Source of the DNA: Batkoa obscura | Taxonomy: Eukaryota | DNA length: 64,000 nucleotides | NCBI GenBank assembly: GCA_030770535.1 | Contig: JASVEC010000025.1 | Span: 124,001-188,000, forward strand | Reading direction: 5' to 3' | Shown: positions 37,120 to 49,717 of the stretch, in pieces | Layout of the letters: the number at the start of each line of letters is the position of its first letter | Numbering within the stretch: the first letter of the stretch is position 1 | The notes under the pieces: model-generated | What the model was told of the DNA's origin: nothing | The model's database searches: none | What the model saw: the letters and a program-made list of their open reading frames with translations, nothing else | Program-made: the position numbers and the translations under genes

Positions 37120-38930
37120 TACACTTCCATTTTTAAATTTATTCAAATCCAACTTAGTATTATTATTTAATAAAAAAGTAGTTGGTCGTCCATTTCTTTT
37201 ATTTTCATTTAGTGTTAATTTTAACTTATCTATATTATTATTCATTAAATTTTGACTTAATGTAGCTCCCAAAGCAACAGATTTAGGTCTTGCTTTTATG
37301 GGTGTATTGTTATTAGCATTACTTATCCTACCCATTAAATTACTAGTGTTGTTCTTTAATTTATTTGTCTCTGTCTTTACTGTATTTGAAGTAATTCCAT
37401 TTGATTTCATTAATCCCATTGAACTATTTCTAGATATTGATGAATTGTTACTTTTAATACTTGAACTTGAAGGTGGCCGACTAACTGTTTTTATATTTCT
37501 AATATTTTCATTAATACTATACATGGTTCTTCTATTATTAGATAAAATAGGAGATTTACTATTATTAATTCCCTTTTTAATTATACTATCTCCATTCTTC
37601 ACTATTAAATTCGAATTTGTTTTTGAGGGCATTAATGTAGTTAAGGGTCTCGGTTTACGTAATATAGTATCTTTATTAGTTGTTGTTGTTATTGTATTAG
37701 TTAAATTAGTTAAATTAGTTCTAGGTGTAAGTGAAATATTACTACTGGATGTAAATGTATTTAAATTGGGTTTCCTAATTGAATTAAATTTTGTTTCATT
37801 TAATTGACTATTATTAACATTTCCTCTTGTAGTATTAAATCGACTCATAGAAGTAGAAGGCCTTGAATTAGTTTTTGAATTAATTGATTGAGATGATGAT
37901 TCAGGTTTAAATATCATTGATTTTCTATTAGAAATATATTTTAAATTCTTATTGATATTATTAGATAAACTAGTATTAGTACTAATACTGGATGTCCTTG
38001 ATAAATCTAAACTATTACTATTCGAATCTTCTTTTGATAATTGTTTTCTAATACTAATATCATAGGAATTTAACATATCTTTAGCTTCCGAGACCCAAAT
38101 ACTACTAAACGTTTTAAAGATTTGTCTAGATAAATCACGTACTTTAGTATTTGCATCACTTAATCCTTTTTTAATTGCTTTAATTACCAATTCTTTCCCC
38201 ACTAATAAACCCTTTTTTTCAAATAGCTTTGTTTTAGTATGTCCATGTCTCTTTAGAAATATTAATAAGTAATTAGCTGAATATCCTCTTAATTGTACGC
38301 TTTTATCATCCATTGCAGTACAAATTAGACTCAATATTTTTAAAGAATAATTGGTATTGGCTAAAAATTGATTACTTGTTGAATAAGCTGCTTCTGCAAT
38401 TAATTTTTTACTTGAAGAGGAACTCTTTAGTAAAGTTTGAAATAAAGTATAAGCAAATGGATCTAGACTATTTTCAGGTAAAAAGTGACATAAATCAAAG
38501 ATTAAATTAAAACAAGAGATTTGTAATGTAGTTCTAACACTTAACATAGTTATTGGTAATATTTCCATGAATTCTTTTAAAAATAACATAATATTATTAA
38601 ATTCTAATTCAATTGAATTACCCCTTATTAATTTTCTTAATTTTAATAAACTTTTATCTCTTAATTCCCAATTGACTTCTGTTTCTTTACCTTCAAACAA
38701 TTTTAATATGAAATTTAATTGATTATTTAAATCTTGTTGATCATAAATATTAATACTTTGTAAATTTTCAATTGAATCCAAGATAATTAAATTAATTGAT
38801 TGAGAAGATGAAGAACCTAAATTATTAGTAGATACTTTACTAGTTGTAGATAATGTTGGTGATGTAAATGTTTCAGTTGTATTACGTGATAATTCATGTC
38901 CATCAAATAATCCTTTTAATCCTTCAGGTA

Positions 38931-38978
<48 letters not shown>

Positions 38979-39982
38979 TTTCATTTATGCTACTTTGTTT
39001 ACTTGAGTCAATTAATTTATTATTAATTTGATCCAAAAATCCTTTTTTTAAGGTACTTTTATTGATATTTCGACTTAATGAATTACGTGATTCTTTAGAA
39101 TGAGTTCTATTTAAATATTAATTATATTATTAATTAATTAATTAATTAATTTATTATTATTATAAATTAAATCTTACGTAAATTGTTCTAATAATACTAA
39201 TTTTGCTTTCTCTCTAACTGGTTCATTTGAATCTTCTACTAAATTAATAACTACTGAAGTTAATTTACATAACGGAAATTCGTTGGACTGTAAAGAACAT
39301 TGTTGACCCCAAATTAATACCTGATTTAAATAATCATCATTAATTTCTGTTAAATATAAAATAATTTAAAGAATATATGAATTTACCTGTTCTCTAACCC
39401 TCCAATTTTTATGATGAAATCCATTATTAATAACAATTTTTAAAAATTCTTCTTTCGCTTTAATCAATCCAGTACCATAATTAACATTAACTTTATCCGC
39501 ATTATCATTTAATTCAAACCACATATTAGTTAAACACTTTACTCCACTTTCTCTTATTCTCTCTTTACTATCTGCTAATCGATCTAATATATTTAATAAA
39601 AATATTGATAAATAAGATTTTAACGGTTTTTGATGTTGAATTAAAAAATTTAATAAGATTGAAACTAATTCTATTGACTTAATACTAAGATTGATAATAG
39701 AGGCTTTAATGCATATTGGTAATTGTTTAATAACAGTGTCAATAGCTATTGTCTATTAAAGAAAGTTAACTAAAATGTTCTTTATGAGATGTTAATTAAA
39801 ATTACTTGATATTCTATCTCTTCTTTTAATAGTTCAGTTAACTTATCAATAGCTTGTAATTTATTATCAGGATCTAAAATAAAAAATAAAACACATACAT
39901 TAAAATTATAAGATTATAATAAAATATATTAATAGTTACCATTTTTCACCAATTCTTTAATAATATTATCTAATTTTGACAT
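35776..39982 (-). CDS. STU1: CLASP/Stu1 microtubule-associated TOG/HEAT protein, multi-exon
   Basis: N-terminal HEAT exons (RLADSKERIRE, GFHHKNWRVREQ, LVEDSNEPVRE), CLASP_N FEGKETEVNWELRD..SVRTTL..GLSDANTKVR, long N/S-rich linker, C-terminal HEAT. Confidence 0.85.
36533..36625. repeat. (TAAA)n microsatellite in STU1 intron
   Basis: Direct reading. Confidence 0.9.
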
Positions 39983-40428
39983 GCAAATATATATAGAGTT
40001 TAAATGAAGCAAGTTAGTAAGCCTTTATTTTTACAATTTCAATTTTGTTTATTCCAAATTTAAGTTTCCACTTTTAATTAAACCAGTTGATATCTTATTG
40101 GTTAATTGATTGTTAATGACTTGAAATTTATAAGCCATTTTTTCAAAAGTGAATTAAGAACTTGAAAATTTATGGTGCTTATATAATAATAGCAAATTAA
40201 TTAATATTCATATTTAATAAATTATTAAAATTAATTAAAAAATCCAAATTGAATTTTAATAATAGAAACTATTCTAATACATTTGAATTTATAATTTTTT
40301 GGCTTATTTCAATATTTAAAACCCGTACAAAAAAAATATAAAAAAATATATAAAATCATTAAAATTTGATATATTATTGAATATTATTTATTATATAAAA
40401 AAATTCAATAAAATCAACTTGTAATTAA

Positions 40429-42609
40429 TTAACAAAATAATAAAATGGTAGCAAACAAATACAATGGTAGTATTAAATTATCATTTTGATAACTCCAAGC
40501 TTCTAATAAACCTAATAATAATAATAATAAATTATTTAAACTATTTAAAAATCACTTATAATAATTCTTACCATTTAAAATAGATATCAAAATAATAGCA
40601 AATAACTAAGAAAATATTAATAAATATTAACAAATATTAATAAGGATGAGAGATAAGGTATTTCAACTTACCTTCTCTATTTGCCAACAAATCTGTGGCT
40701 CAATTAATAAAAAAGAAGTTAACAATGCTAATATAAATCCCACTGTCCCTTTAATTGTTTTATTTGATCCCAGCCATTTAGTTTTTCCAAATTTTTTACC
40801 AATAATTGAAGCCTAAGAAATAAAATAAAAATATTCTTCATTAATATTCTATCTTCATTTTTTCTTATTAAAATAAAAATTTACCGCTGCATCAGCTAAA
40901 CCTAATACTAATATTCCTGATAAACTACAAGCAATACTATCTTCTTTTAACCAAATTGGTAATGCACAACCCAATAATAAATAAATATGAGCAAAGATTA
41001 AATTACCCGTATCTTTATCATCCGTAAAATGAATTAAATAATTATTTAATACTTTATCAAAGGGTAAGATTTTAAAATATCTTATATATTCTAATAATAG
41101 AAATAAACTTAAGGCAATAGAGAATGCTATATATAATAATTTTTTCTATTTAAAAATAAAAATTAATATGTGTAGTTATATAATATATATTATTAACTTA
41201 CATCAATAAAATAACCTGGTATAAATAATAAAGTTGCTAATCCATGGAAATATTTTCGTCGATTATTTAATGAATTAGATTCTAATACAATTTGGCTATA
41301 AATAACTCCAATTAAAATAGCAATTATCCAATAAATTATTAATAATTGAGCTGATGGATTTTTTAATATATAATGAAAGATCCTAATAATAAATAAATAA
41401 ATAAATAAATATTAATTAATATAATAGACAAATAATAATAATAATAATATAAATATTACCATAAAAAAGGATTTAATTTTAATCCCATATTTAAAAATGG
41501 AAATATAATAAAACTGATACCTCCACTTAATATCATATAAAATAATAAACTATTGATTATTTTATTCTTATTTTTCATTAACATATAACTCATTGTAAAT
41601 ATTACTCCAATAATTAACATACCAACAATAACTCCATTTAATATAATAATTTCTTCACTTAAATTTAATAATATTATATTATTACTTTTAATTAACTATT
41701 AAAAATAAAATACAATTTAATTTTTAACTAATTTCATATAATAAATAACTTAAAACTTACCACCATATACCCTTGAATAGTTAAAAAAGATAAAGCTTGA
41801 GCTAATATACTTAATTCAGCTAGTGTAAATGAAGTTGGTATTAAATTCAATATTAAATATTGAATTATATGAAACAAAGTAATGGAACTTAATATTAAAT
41901 AACTTTCTATATAAAAAAATAAAAATTATTTTAAGAACTTTTTGAATTTAAATATAGTTTTATACTTACTTTTAATAAATATTTGTTGTAACATACCATT
42001 AAACCAAAACTTACTAATTATTAATAAGATTATACTTAATGAATATGGAAGTTTCATTTGTTTTAAAATAACATGACTTAATATAATAAACCCATTGATA
42101 ATTGTTAATAATAATAAATCCGTCCATATTGTTGATGCTAAAATTAATTAAAAGTTTTAACATTTAAAAACTTGAATAAAATTTTTAATTTCAATACTTA
42201 CTTGAGTTGACTATTAATTTGGAACTAGCTATTAAAGTTGGTAATAAAGTAGCTAATAATAAACCATTATCTACTTGAAATCTGAATAATTGCAAAATAA
42301 TGAGTACTTTTGAATTTAATTGAAATAGAGTTTGATAATTTACCTATATTGTTTTTTTTCACTAAAAAGTAATTGAACAAATGGTTGATTTTTTATGGTT
42401 AATAAAAATGTTAATCCAGAAAGTAATATTAAGCTAAGATAAGCTAATAAAGTCATTATTATTATTATTCATTCGTTACAATACTAATTCCAAGGCTTAC
42501 CATCATTAATAAAATTATTTATTGAACTATTTAATTTCCATAATTTTAAATAAGAATAACCACAAGTTAATAAGATTAATCCAGCTTCTAAAGGAATCGT
42601 TGAATTCAT
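40429..42609 (-). CDS. SEC59: Dolichol kinase, multi-exon
   Basis: RRKYFHGLA, FTDDKDTGNLIFAHIYLLLGCALPIWL, GLADAAASIIGKKFGKTKW..NKTIKGT, LEAWSYQNDNLILP; no long ORF because of many introns. Confidence 0.88.
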
Positions 42610-43042
42610 TATCAATTATAATTATTATCTCTCAAATAATAATATTTTTGATTATTAAAATTAAAAAATTATTCTTATTTATATTATTATTTTATAAACT
42701 AAACTTATTCGGTTTCAATTTCCTTTGAAAATTTAAAATTAGAATTTGCCATCTAAATTTAACTATTCAATTTTAAGCCTTGAGTTGAAAGATAAGCCCA
42801 GTAACTCCCCACATTAATCGAAAATCAACTCATTCTGAAATTTCTAAAAATATAAAATTAATCAAAATAAATAACTATATTTAAAACTAATATAAGATAA
42901 ACTAATAAACAAATATAATAAAACATATCATAATTACCATTACATCAATCTTCAAATAACTACTCAAAAAAAACGAAAATAATATTTTTCTATTTCTCTT
43001 TTTTTATTAAAAAAAATCAAACTTCTTCTCTTCTTCTACTTC

Positions 43043-44386
43043 TTATGCCAAAATTTCATACCTTTTACCACGAATGCCCATAATAGAATGATTAGCATTT
43101 AAAGTCATTCGAATATCTTGTAAATTAAGGTCCGCTTTTAATGATCTAAAAGGATTTAATTTAGGTTCTAACAACCAATCAATTTCATCCTTATATTCCT
43201 CTTTTAATACATTAACATCATTATTAATATCATTAGAATCATAACCCGTAATAAATATTGGACATTTAGTTTCCAATAACAATTCTAAGCTTGGCTTCCA
43301 ACCTTCTTTAGTTAAAGGATACCCAATACCTGGATGAAATAAAAAGAATACATCTCTATACGGATCAAAAGGAATAGCTTCTTTATAATACTCATGAAAT
43401 TTGCCTGTAAAATAATTAAATGATAAATGGGGATTAATGGGCACTTTATTAGGTACGCCTGGAGGTGGTGCTGTTTCAGGTCCAATGAAATGTAAACTAA
43501 AACTTAAATTGGGAAATAAATAACATAATTGTAAATAAGCATAGGGTGGTAATTGACCTTCTGCTCTAGCTCCTAATATAAAAATACGCATTTGTTCCTT
43601 TTCTGCTTTCATATTATTGATATGTTGTTCCATTGTATAATGAATAGCTGCCATAGACCTTTGTCCTTCATAACTTAAACCTTGTTTTCCTGGACGATGA
43701 GGACCAAACGGATGAATACAAGAAGCAATAGTCAATGGATAAGTTAATATTTTACTTACATGTCTAGCTTGTCTTGTTTCATCTACCGCTTTAAAATCTC
43801 TAGTAACAAAAAAAGTATCCCAAGAAGTTAAATTAATGGTTGCTTCTGGTCCTAATACCGTTGGGAATTTAAATTCTGGAAAATTTCTACCTGATCTTAA
43901 ATCATGTTCGTCTTCATTGATCTCTTTTAGTATTGAGCAGTATTTTGAATGTGATGATTTTCCAGAATTATAATGCTCTTCACTACAATGGGTTGGCATA
44001 CCACAATCTGGACAAGTATGACTTGGTCTTTTACTTTTTGAAATACTTTCTTCCGTTACTAAAGTAGGCGTTGGACCCTCTTCATGTACGCAAGTTGGAC
44101 ATAATCCATGATCTTTGATTAAATTACCACGTGCTTTAATTTCTGGAATGGGGGAATTTAAAAATGGATGAAATAAATTGTCTTTGGTTAAAATAGGTAC
44201 TTTTACTTCTTCCTCTTTCGGTTTGCTTTTTTTACTAAATAAATTCCAAAATAAAATCGGTTTGTTGGTAGAAAATGACTTTTCTTTTTGAGTTTTTAAT
44301 AGTTTAATCGAATGTGATTGCAATACTCGCAAACTCATACTTCCTCGATAGACTTGAGTACACGTTTTAAAATGAGTTGGTAGCAT
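43043..44386 (-). CDS. MSS51: Mss51 mitochondrial COX1 translation/assembly factor (zf-MYND-like)
   Basis: LFHPF..SP, CPDCGMPTHCSEEH, INEDEHDLRSGR.FPEF, WDTFF.TRDF, LTYPLTIAS, IFILGARAE, FDPYRDVFFLFHPG; start codon uncertain. Confidence 0.92.
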   Translation of the reverse strand: MLPTHFKTCTQVYRGSMSLRVLQSHSIKLLKTQKEKSFSTNKPILFWNLFSKKSKPKEEEVKVPILTKDNLFHPFLNSPIPEIKARGNLIKDHGLCPTCVHEEGPTPTLVTEESISKSKRPSHTCPDCGMPTHCSEEHYNSGKSSHSKYCSILKEINEDEHDLRSGRNFPEFKFPTVLGPEATINLTSWDTFFVTRDFKAVDETRQARHVSKILTYPLTIASCIHPFGPHRPGKQGLSYEGQRSMAAIHYTMEQHINNMKAEKEQMRIFILGARAEGQLPPYAYLQLCYLFPNLSFSLHFIGPETAPPPGVPNKVPINPHLSFNYFTGKFHEYYKEAIPFDPYRDVFFLFHPGIGYPLTKEGWKPSLELLLETKCPIFITGYDSNDINNDVNVLKEEYKDEIDWLLEPKLNPFRSLKADLNLQDIRMTLNANHSIMGIRGKRYEILA

Positions 44387-44691
44387 TATTTTCAAACTAA
44401 AAAACTCATATTATTTTTTTAATAGAAGATAGTGCTAATTTTAAATACCTTAATTTTGTAAAAATAAAATACCAAATTGACTATTATTATTTCTATTATT
44501 TTGTTAATTATAATAAAAAAGGATTATTAATAATAGTTAAAATTATAAAAAAAAATAATTTTTTAAGAACTTTGATTTTTGCATTTTATTTATTTTTCTC
44601 GATTTAAAAAAACACTTACGATTCAATCAACCAATAATATACAAGGAAATAATATCAGAATCTAAAACAACCCATTATAAATAATATAAAT

Positions 44692-46122
44692 TTATTTTTT
44701 ATTACTAAATAATTGAATCATTTCCTCATATACCATAGTAATATTTTGCTTATTTTTTTCATGAGTTAATAAATTATCATTATTATACATAACAGTATAA
44801 CAATTAAATGTTAATACTTTTTCATTTTCATTAAATACTTCATTATTATCTTTTAACGTTATAGCTATTAAAAAGGAATCCTAATAAAAGTATTAGAAAT
44901 AAAAATAATTACAATTATTAAATAAATAAACTTACTTTTTTTTGTAATAGAAACCAAGTTTTAAAACTAATGATACCATTTGTTGGTAAGATTTTAAAAA
45001 AGTTTCTTAATATCCTCGGGTTAAATTGATATTCACTATTATTAATTTCATAATTCATAGTTTCTTTTTCATTAATAAAATCATCAATATTAATTTGATT
45101 TTCACTAACAAAAACTTGTTTTTTTAACTAAAATATATTAATTAATTAATTAATTAATTATTACTATTATTAAAAATAAAAACTTACTTGATCAATTAAA
45201 TAAACTGAAAATCCATGTTGTTTAATTAAATAGGTGCCATCATGTGGACTAATAAACTTAGCTGTTAAGATTACTTTAAGCTAGTAAAATAAATTATTAA
45301 TTGATATAATATAAATAATATAAATAAATGATAAATAATAAATTTACCCTTAAAAAATAAGGGGATAAAATACACCATGACTCAGAATAGATTCTATTGG
45401 GATGTAATACTAAAGGTGAAAATATAATATCTTCATTTATTATTGTTAAATAATTCTTATTCATAGTTTCTAAATCATAGCAAGTGCTTAATCTATTTTT
45501 ATTAATATTCTATTTTAAAAAATTATTATTATCAGTTTACTTCTCTTTTACATTATTGTTCATTTTTTGTATCTAACTTGATATTAAATAATTGTAATAA
45601 TAATAAATTAAAATAAATTACACTAATAGTTGTATTTTGATTATTTACTTTTTCATAAGTTTCAAAAGATAAACTAAATAAAACATTAGGTATTGGAAGA
45701 GCACCAGTATTATTAAATTTTATAGTTAAAATTGGTATATCTTTATTATTGTCCGTTTCTATCTTTGATTCTAAAAAAATTAAAAATAGAATAATTAAAC
45801 AAAATAAGATTTACCTATAGATAAACTTGACAACAAAAAGGTTTCTAAAATTTTGGACATGGTAAAAGTAATTTCGCTTGTCTTTTGTAAATTACTTGTT
45901 AAGGCCTAAGTAATTGTTTTTACTATTATATATCTTAACTACAAAATAACGCTTACTTGGTATCCTTTTGCAAAATTATTTTGAGTAGTTATTAACACAT
46001 TTTTTAAACTATTAAATTCCGTTGTATCAATATCTCTTTTTATAAATTTAATTTCTATTTTTGATTCAAATAAAATCGATTTTACCCGTCCACTATCTTT
46101 TTAATTTCTTCATCAAGTTCAT
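44692..46122 (-). CDS. Hypothetical multi-exon protein
   Basis: Open minus-strand exons bounded by GT..AG (e.g. ILTIKFNNTGALPIP, AKFISPHDG, FSVYLIDQ, ILRNFFKILPTNG); stop at 44692; 5' end unresolved. Confidence 0.55.
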
Positions 46123-46371
46123 CTATAATTAACATTAAATTTTATTTTATTATTCCATATCAATTACTTTTTATATTACTTAACTCTTCTTTTTGATTCA
46201 TTATATTAAAAAAAGTAAATTAAATTCTAACTTTATTATACTAAAATAGTAGTAATAAGCTTTAACCAATTAAAAATATATTGTAATTCGAATTGAATGA
46301 TGTTCTATAACACATCACTAATTTTTTACATCAATTTTTATTTTATTCATAATAAAATCAATTTATTTAAA

Positions 46372-46987
46372 ATGGAAAATAATAACAATAATACTAGTAT
46401 AACCACGACTAAGGATAATATAAATGATGATAATATAAAAAATGAAGATGATGATAGTATAAGTAATACTGAAAATAACAATGATAATAATACTCTCAAC
46501 GAAAGCAATGATGTATCAGGTAAATTAGAATCATAATCACAACTTATAATACTAACCGTATTTTCAAAAAGAATCAAAAAACAGAACAAAAAAGAACAAA
46601 GGACGAGTGGATCCTTCACGTCGAGCTCATTTAACACCCAATGTAGCGGGTAATTATCGGGGCAAAAAAGCAGCGGATGAATTATTAACAGATTCTCAAA
46701 AAAAATTACATCATATAGCTTCCGAGCAAAAAAGAAGAAGAAATATTAAATTGGGCTATGATAAGTTAACAGATTTGGTACCTAATTTAGAAATTAAAAA
46801 AAAAGTAGCTCAACCTTCAGAAACTTGTGTGTTACAAGAGTGTAAGTAATTCTTCGTTTTGATTAAAAATTATATATTAATGATTGCTTATTTAGCCGTC
46901 GATTATCTAAGGTATCTAATTGAGAAAAAAGAAGAGTTATTAGGTGAAATTGAAACGCTTGATCAAAGATCAAATGGAAGTAATTGA
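46372..46987 (+). CDS. bHLH transcription factor (Ino4/Mlx-like), 3 exons
   Basis: LLTDSQKKLHHIASEQKRRRNIKLGYDKLTDLVP...SETCVLQESVDYLRYL. Confidence 0.85.
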
Positions 46988-47346
46988 GGAAATATTTTAA
47001 ACAAGGATGAGAATGTTTAATAAACTCTAAGTTATTAATTGAAATTTGTTTATAATTTATGTACAATTTTAGATGTTTTATTTGACTTTTTTAAGTTACA
47101 AGTATAAATGTATATTTGCTTAAAATGAAAATTAACAGCAATATATCTTTTCTGATAACTAAGTTATTGTAGATAAATTAAAGGACTTAATTAAAATATT
47201 CAACCTCTTCATGTTTGAATTTTTATAACCTTACATAATTTTACACAAATAATACCAAAACCAAATAATAAAATCACTCATTTATGCCATTTATCTTTAA
47301 TTTAAATAAATCAAGATTATAATAAAAAGCGCAACAATTAGCTAAC

Positions 47347-47880
47347 TTAACCCAAATTAAGACGGAAAATATCGTTATGGACATAATAACCAGCAGCGTC
47401 TTTAGCCAAAAAGAAAGTTTGTGAAAATCCGAGGGGATTACTTTCTTCATCAACCTTATAGAAAGATAAATACTCGCTTCAAAAAAAATAAACTTTATAA
47501 TAAACTTACGGCAAGTAAACCAGTAACTGAAATAATAATGCTTTCTCCAGCGACACTTGGTTGTGGGTCAAAAGTAGAGATTTTATGTTGGACTTTTTGG
47601 AATGGTAAGCTCTATTTTAAAACTATAAACTCTACAGTCAAAAAAAACACATTAAATAACTTACGGTTAATTTTTCAGTGATACCAGCAACACTAGAAAA
47701 TTGTTGACCTTCAAAAGTTAACATAGAGCTTTCCCTCTATGAAAAATTATATATAAATTATAATCAACTCGATATAAAAATAAAACTTACGTAAAGGGAA
47801 GCCAGTTTACTTCTATCAGTGTCAAAAGTATTGTAATAAAATTCAACAAATTGTTGAGCTACAGTAGCAAAATCACCCAT
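47347..47880 (-). CDS. NTF2: Nuclear transport factor 2, multi-exon
   Basis: [50 protein letters not shown]. Confidence 0.93.
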
Positions 47881-48163
47881 TTTTATTTAATTTTAAAAAA
47901 ACAATTTCTTGATTACTAAAGTTTTTCAAATTTGTTAATTCATACGAATTTTTTAATGGGATCCTTTTTATTATTAAAATTAAAGCTATTATCTTAATTT
48001 TAATTGGACAATTAAAATGGATTTTAGTTTTGATTGTTCTATTTTACTTAGCTACACACGCTTATTAAACTAAAAAATAATTAAAACTCACCAATAAAAT
48101 TCAATTATTTTTAAGCTACAAAAAATTAAAAAATTAAAAATGTTTATAAATTAATAAACAATA

Positions 48164-49570
48164 ATGATTGATGACAGTCAAGAAGACAATTACTATTTAA
48201 TAGAAGCTATTCAAATATTAAATGAAAGAAAGAATCATATTTATCAATTAGTAGAAGAATGGGAACAACAAATAATTAGTAACAGTATTAATAACAATCA
48301 AATTTATTTATTAGAAGACCCAACCATCTCTTTATTAACAGGTATTGAACGTTTAAAACAGCATTTAAATAAAGAAGCCCAACATTTATCTTATTTATTA
48401 GAAAACGAAGATTTGATATATCCTTATCATTTAACATGTTCCAACTTACCTTATTTAGAAGCCGTTTATTTAGCAGCCAAAAATCAGCAAGGTTTAGTTA
48501 CTTTGTTTAAAACATTTAGTTACAATGTAAAGATTGATGGAGAGATAATCAACGAAAAGATAACGATTGATATTATTGCTAGTCATGGTTTAGACTGGAT
48601 TAAAGTATCAGCAAGAAATAGTAAATATTTGATATCTCAATCTAAGATTGTAAATGAAGAAGAGGAAATGGAAGAGATGGGAGACGATAATGGAGAGTTA
48701 AGTGAGATTGAAAACAAAGCGTATCAGATGAAATGTGCAGCTATAGAAAATCAAATTCATTTTAAAATACCTAATATTAAATTTAGTTTTTTAAATATTA
48801 ATTTTAATCAACCTTATTATTTTCCATTAATTAATAAATTATTACAGCTTGATATTATACCAGAAAAAATTAATTCAAATCCTTCGTCTACTCTCTCTTT
48901 AAGTGATAAAACCAATTTATCTACTGAATATTTAAATTTAGATTGTACTACTTTAATTGCTCTTGCTTCTGAATTAACAAATAGTTATAATACTACTAAT
49001 AATCAATTATCTAGTTTAAAGGTAGAACATTATAACCAAATGAATGCATTAAAAATACAAATACAAAGTGAATTAAAGAAGCCATTGATGCCTATTTTAA
49101 TTCATTTATTAAAAGGTCATCAGCTTACTACAACTCGAGAATGCTATGAACGTTTTTTTTCAATTGTAAGTACCATTGCTGGAGAAAAAGAAAAGTTACG
49201 TGCTAATATTCTGTTTCGTCATTATCATCAAAATAATGAATTAATTCATCAGGATACTTTAATGTTACCAAATGATCCATTTTTAAATTTTAAATTAGTT
49301 ACTAATCAATCTCATGCTTATTCTATTCAAGTTTTAGATAATATTATTGACCCTAACTTTGAACACTTTTTATCTTTGAATTTTCATAAATTATATACTT
49401 CATTTCATATGTTAGTATTCGGTTCAGCTTATCAAAGAAAAATGTCCACAATTACTGCTAATACTTGGATTACTAGAGCTTTATTAGATAAAGCTCCTTA
49501 TTTAAAAGATACTAATTTTATTTTATTACATGAACCTCGTTCTTTTGTTGAAAATAAACTTAAGTTTTGA
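48164..49570 (+). CDS. DUF1308 / UPF0415 (C7orf25-like) protein
   Basis: SNLPYLEAV, IDII..G..WIKV, LNLDCTTLIALASEL, VFGS....STITAN, HEPRSF. Confidence 0.8.
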   Translation: MIDDSQEDNYYLIEAIQILNERKNHIYQLVEEWEQQIISNSINNNQIYLLEDPTISLLTGIERLKQHLNKEAQHLSYLLENEDLIYPYHLTCSNLPYLEAVYLAAKNQQGLVTLFKTFSYNVKIDGEIINEKITIDIIASHGLDWIKVSARNSKYLISQSKIVNEEEEMEEMGDDNGELSEIENKAYQMKCAAIENQIHFKIPNIKFSFLNINFNQPYYFPLINKLLQLDIIPEKINSNPSSTLSLSDKTNLSTEYLNLDCTTLIALASELTNSYNTTNNQLSSLKVEHYNQMNALKIQIQSELKKPLMPILIHLLKGHQLTTTRECYERFFSIVSTIAGEKEKLRANILFRHYHQNNELIHQDTLMLPNDPFLNFKLVTNQSHAYSIQVLDNIIDPNFEHFLSLNFHKLYTSFHMLVFGSAYQRKMSTITANTWITRALLDKAPYLKDTNFILLHEPRSFVENKLKF

Positions 49571-49717
49571 TCACTTTAATCAGTTAAGTCATTTAATAGT
49601 AATGATAATAATATACTTTTTCTTTTTTTATTGTTTTTATTAACAAAAATACAATATATTAAATTCCAAAATTGTGTTTTAATTTTTTTTAAAAATGAAA
49701 TAAATTTAATAAAAGAA

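Noticed and set aside
37004..37807. Leu/Ile-rich plus-strand ORFs that look like membrane proteins
   Set aside because: Antisense of the N/S/K-rich STU1 linker and (AAT)n repeats
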